The notes beneath the pieces were generated by a model. It was not told the origin of the DNA and ran no database searches. It worked only from the letters and a program-made list of their open reading frames with translations. 64,000 bases of DNA from Phoronis australis (Eukaryota > Animalia > Phoronida): assembly GCA_002633005.1 (NCBI GenBank), contig NMRA01000288.1, positions 74,300 through 138,299 of the forward strand. Direction: 5' to 3'. Every line of letters begins with the position of its first letter. Within the stretch, counting starts at the first letter, position 1. This document shows positions 61,868 to 64,000 of the stretch, in pieces. The position numbers and the translations under genes are program-made.

Positions 61868-64000
61868 AGAACACAACATCGCCTCCGATAACATCACTAA
61901 TCATAAAAACAATTGCTACACCGACAACAACTAAAGTTCCGACAATGACCCCGACGTTTCAATCTACAGCAACATCGATCACGCCATCACTATCTACGAC
62001 AACGACGACCAAGACATGGCCACCAACAAAAACATCGACCACGCCATCGATCCCGACAACAATACCAATGACCACGACATCATTAATTTTAACTACTACA
62101 CCTATAGTAACAAAAGTTGGGAAAACCACCATGAATTCGCTGTCGGAAACAACAATGACGAGTACGTCGCTATCAACAATATATACCCCGACGGCGCTAC
62201 CCATAACAAGAAGTGCGAATCCGACGTCAACAGAGGTTCCGACAATGTTCACGACTTCCATTCTGACGACAACAATGACCAAAACATCGCTACCAACCAC
62301 AACAACTGAAACATCAAGTCCCAGAACAACAACTGCCAAACCGATATCAACCAAAACCGTGTCGACTATCAGAGATTCTTTGCCATCGACAACAATAACG
62401 ACCACATTGCTACCAGCAATATCGACGACAACGCTACACACAAGAACAACTGTGAATCCAACGTCAACAGCATCCACGAAAACAACAATGAGCACCATGC
62501 GGCTATCATCAACAGCGAGAACGAAGTCATTTTCTGTGACAACAACTGAGAAACCGACAACTTCAACGTTTCCAACAATGCTCTCGACTTCGCTGTTGAC
62601 AACAACAACAACACCGACAACAAAGAACACAACATCGCCTCCGATAACATCATTAACTATTAAAACAACTGCGACATCAACAACAACTAAAGTTCCGTCA
62701 ACGACCCCGACGTTTCAACCTAAAACAACAGCGACCAAGACATGGCCACCGACAACAACATCGACCACGCCATCGATCCCGACAACAATGCCAATGACTA
62801 CGACATCATTAATCCCAACTACGACACCGATAGTAACAAAAGTTGAGAAAACTAATATGAATTCGCCGTCGGATATGACAATCACGACTACATCACTACC
62901 AACAATATATACCCCGACGGCGCTAACCATAACAACAAGTGCGAATCCGACGTCAACAGAGGTTCCGACAATGTTCACGACTTCCTTTCTGACAACAACA
63001 ATGACCAAAACATCGCTACCAACCACAGCAACTGCAACATCACGTTCCATAACAACAACTGCCAAACCGGTATCTACAACGATTACGCCAATGCCCACGA
63101 CTTCGCAACTCACAACAACATTGACCGAAGCATTGCTTCCCCTTACAAAAGCTCAGATATCACCCACGCCTTCGATGTTTTCAACAACAACGACCAAGAC
63201 CACACTACCGACATCATGGACCACAGCATCGTTAATCATCAAAACTAACGCCGCACAGAAATCAACAAAACTTGCGAAACCAACCAAGACTTCGGTGCCG
63301 ACAACAACAATGAGCATGGCATCGCTAAAAACAACCTCGGCCATGACGTCTCTACCTATAATGTCCACGACTTGGTCATCAACTATAACAACGACTCCTA
63401 CATCGATACCACCAGAAACATCAACAACGTTTCCGCCAACACAAACAGCTGGGGTACTTACAACCAAAAAATCCGTTTCAAAGACAACAGCAATGCCCAT
63501 AGAACGAACAATAACAGAAGTTCCAACAGCGACCACGGTATCGATTCCAACAACATCCCCGACAAGGAATGAGATATCAGCACAACCAGCGTCAACACCA
63601 ACAGAGTCTGCAACAACCAAGGCTTCGACAACAATGGGAATTGCAGTGCACGGAACACTTCCACCGCAACCACCAACAAAACTATCATCGACATCGACCA
63701 CAAGACCACTATCAACTACAACGAAAACAATACTGTCAACTGTGCCATCGACAATATTAAAAGGTCTAACAACAACGAATCAAGCAAAAATAACATCTTC
63801 GTTGTTTGTCAAAATCCCTAGCGCACCAAAAAGTCAAACAGAAGAAACCGCGTATGATAAGGATCAAACGATATCTGCAGTTACTCAAAAACCGACAACA
63901 ACGGACACGCCAAATAATGGATCGAATAACGAAGTCAAAAACGACGTCATAAATAACGTTGCCTCCTCCACTAGTGTTGGAAGTATAGAAAAATCGAATA
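49601..64000 (+). CDS. FCGBP-N domain mucin, paralog 3 (3'-partial, >1390 aa)
   Basis: Exons 49601-49658 (MNLLLASIFILMEIPSSHE), 54505-54659, 57556-57814, 59397-59560, 59843-60053, 60453-60617, 60824->64000; the last exon appears open to the window edge, which is why it is absent from the ORF track. Confidence 0.88.
50480..50655. repeat. Array of direct and inverted TGTTACATTTTACG-like motifs (probable MITE subterminal repeats)
   Basis: cgtaaaatgtaaca and tgttac.ttttacg repeated several times in both orientations. Confidence 0.6.
51003..51095. repeat. (ATT)n microsatellite
   Basis: Direct observation. Confidence 0.9.
52130..52305 (+). mobile_element. Decayed THAP zinc-finger fragment (DNA-transposon derived)
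   Basis: RRLCGGCTKSNLTDNVFVLKFPKD...VRVW...ALCLVHF follows the THAP C..C...FP...W...C..HF order, but is degenerate; lies in intron 1 of paralog 3. Confidence 0.5.
53949..54141. repeat. Tandem duplication, ~91-bp unit x2
   Basis: tggcagaagtgatatttgt.gtagcagaacgttatcagtatcgcttgcagtatcagtaagagtagcattatcaagtggcagtagc at 53949 and 54040. Confidence 0.9.
57220..57292. mobile_element. 73-bp mini-MITE, 5-bp TSD
   Basis: TIR CATGGGCGGCG / CGCCGCCCATG flanked by direct repeat CATTA. Confidence 0.75.
59130..59360. repeat. (GAN)n purine-rich tract before exon 4 of paralog 3
   Basis: Direct observation; degenerate GAG/GAT/GAC triplets. Confidence 0.8.
60824..64000 (+). CDS. Paralog 3 exon 7, partial (FCGBP-N end, DxDxDG repeats, >850-aa Thr/Ser/Pro-rich stalk)
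   Basis: tttcag|GT AGA GTT GAC AGA AAA CCC AGC GAC CCT TTT ATG...; NDGFDNDCDGKIDEELADGLDNDGDGNIDED followed by ACN-rich codons. Confidence 0.88.
61581..63070 (+). repeat. Internal ~750-bp tandem duplication in the paralog 3 mucin stalk
   Basis: accgatattaaccaaaaccgcgtc at 61581 vs accgatatcaaccaaaaccgtgtc at 62340; gaccaagacatggccacc at ~62007 vs ~62732. Confidence 0.85.

Overview
AT-rich, intron-rich eukaryotic DNA, probably a marine invertebrate animal (inferred from repeat content and gene types; the species cannot be told from sequence). There are two main components, both on the + strand and mostly invisible in the ORF track because they are spliced. (1) At about 3.2-13.2 kb, a 7-exon gene reassembled by hand (all introns GT-AG, phases compatible, about 317 aa, no signal peptide). 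It encodes an N-terminal PDZ-like domain, a DEVD/G caspase-3-type site and a C-terminal IL-1/IL-18-like beta-trefoil region (FFESLSYLGYFLS...IQFGVQ), with two intron positions/phases matching vertebrate IL1B/IL18. This candidate invertebrate IL-1-family pro-cytokine is the most interesting item. (2) From 19.8 kb to the window end, a tandem array of three paralogous genes with a shared 7-exon plan, encoding membrane mucin-like proteins: signal peptide, FCGBP N-terminal (IgGFc-binding-like) domain, DxDxDG acidic repeats, a Thr-rich stalk that lengthens along the array and, in copies 1 and 2, a TM helix and cytoplasmic tail. Copy 1 lacks exon 2 (there is an assembly N in that intron), copy 2 has a truncated tail, and copy 3 runs off the window. 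Introns carry decayed LINE RT, Penelope GIY-YIG, THAP, MITE and Helentron-like remnants and microsatellites. All domain assignments come from motif recognition by eye; no searches were run.
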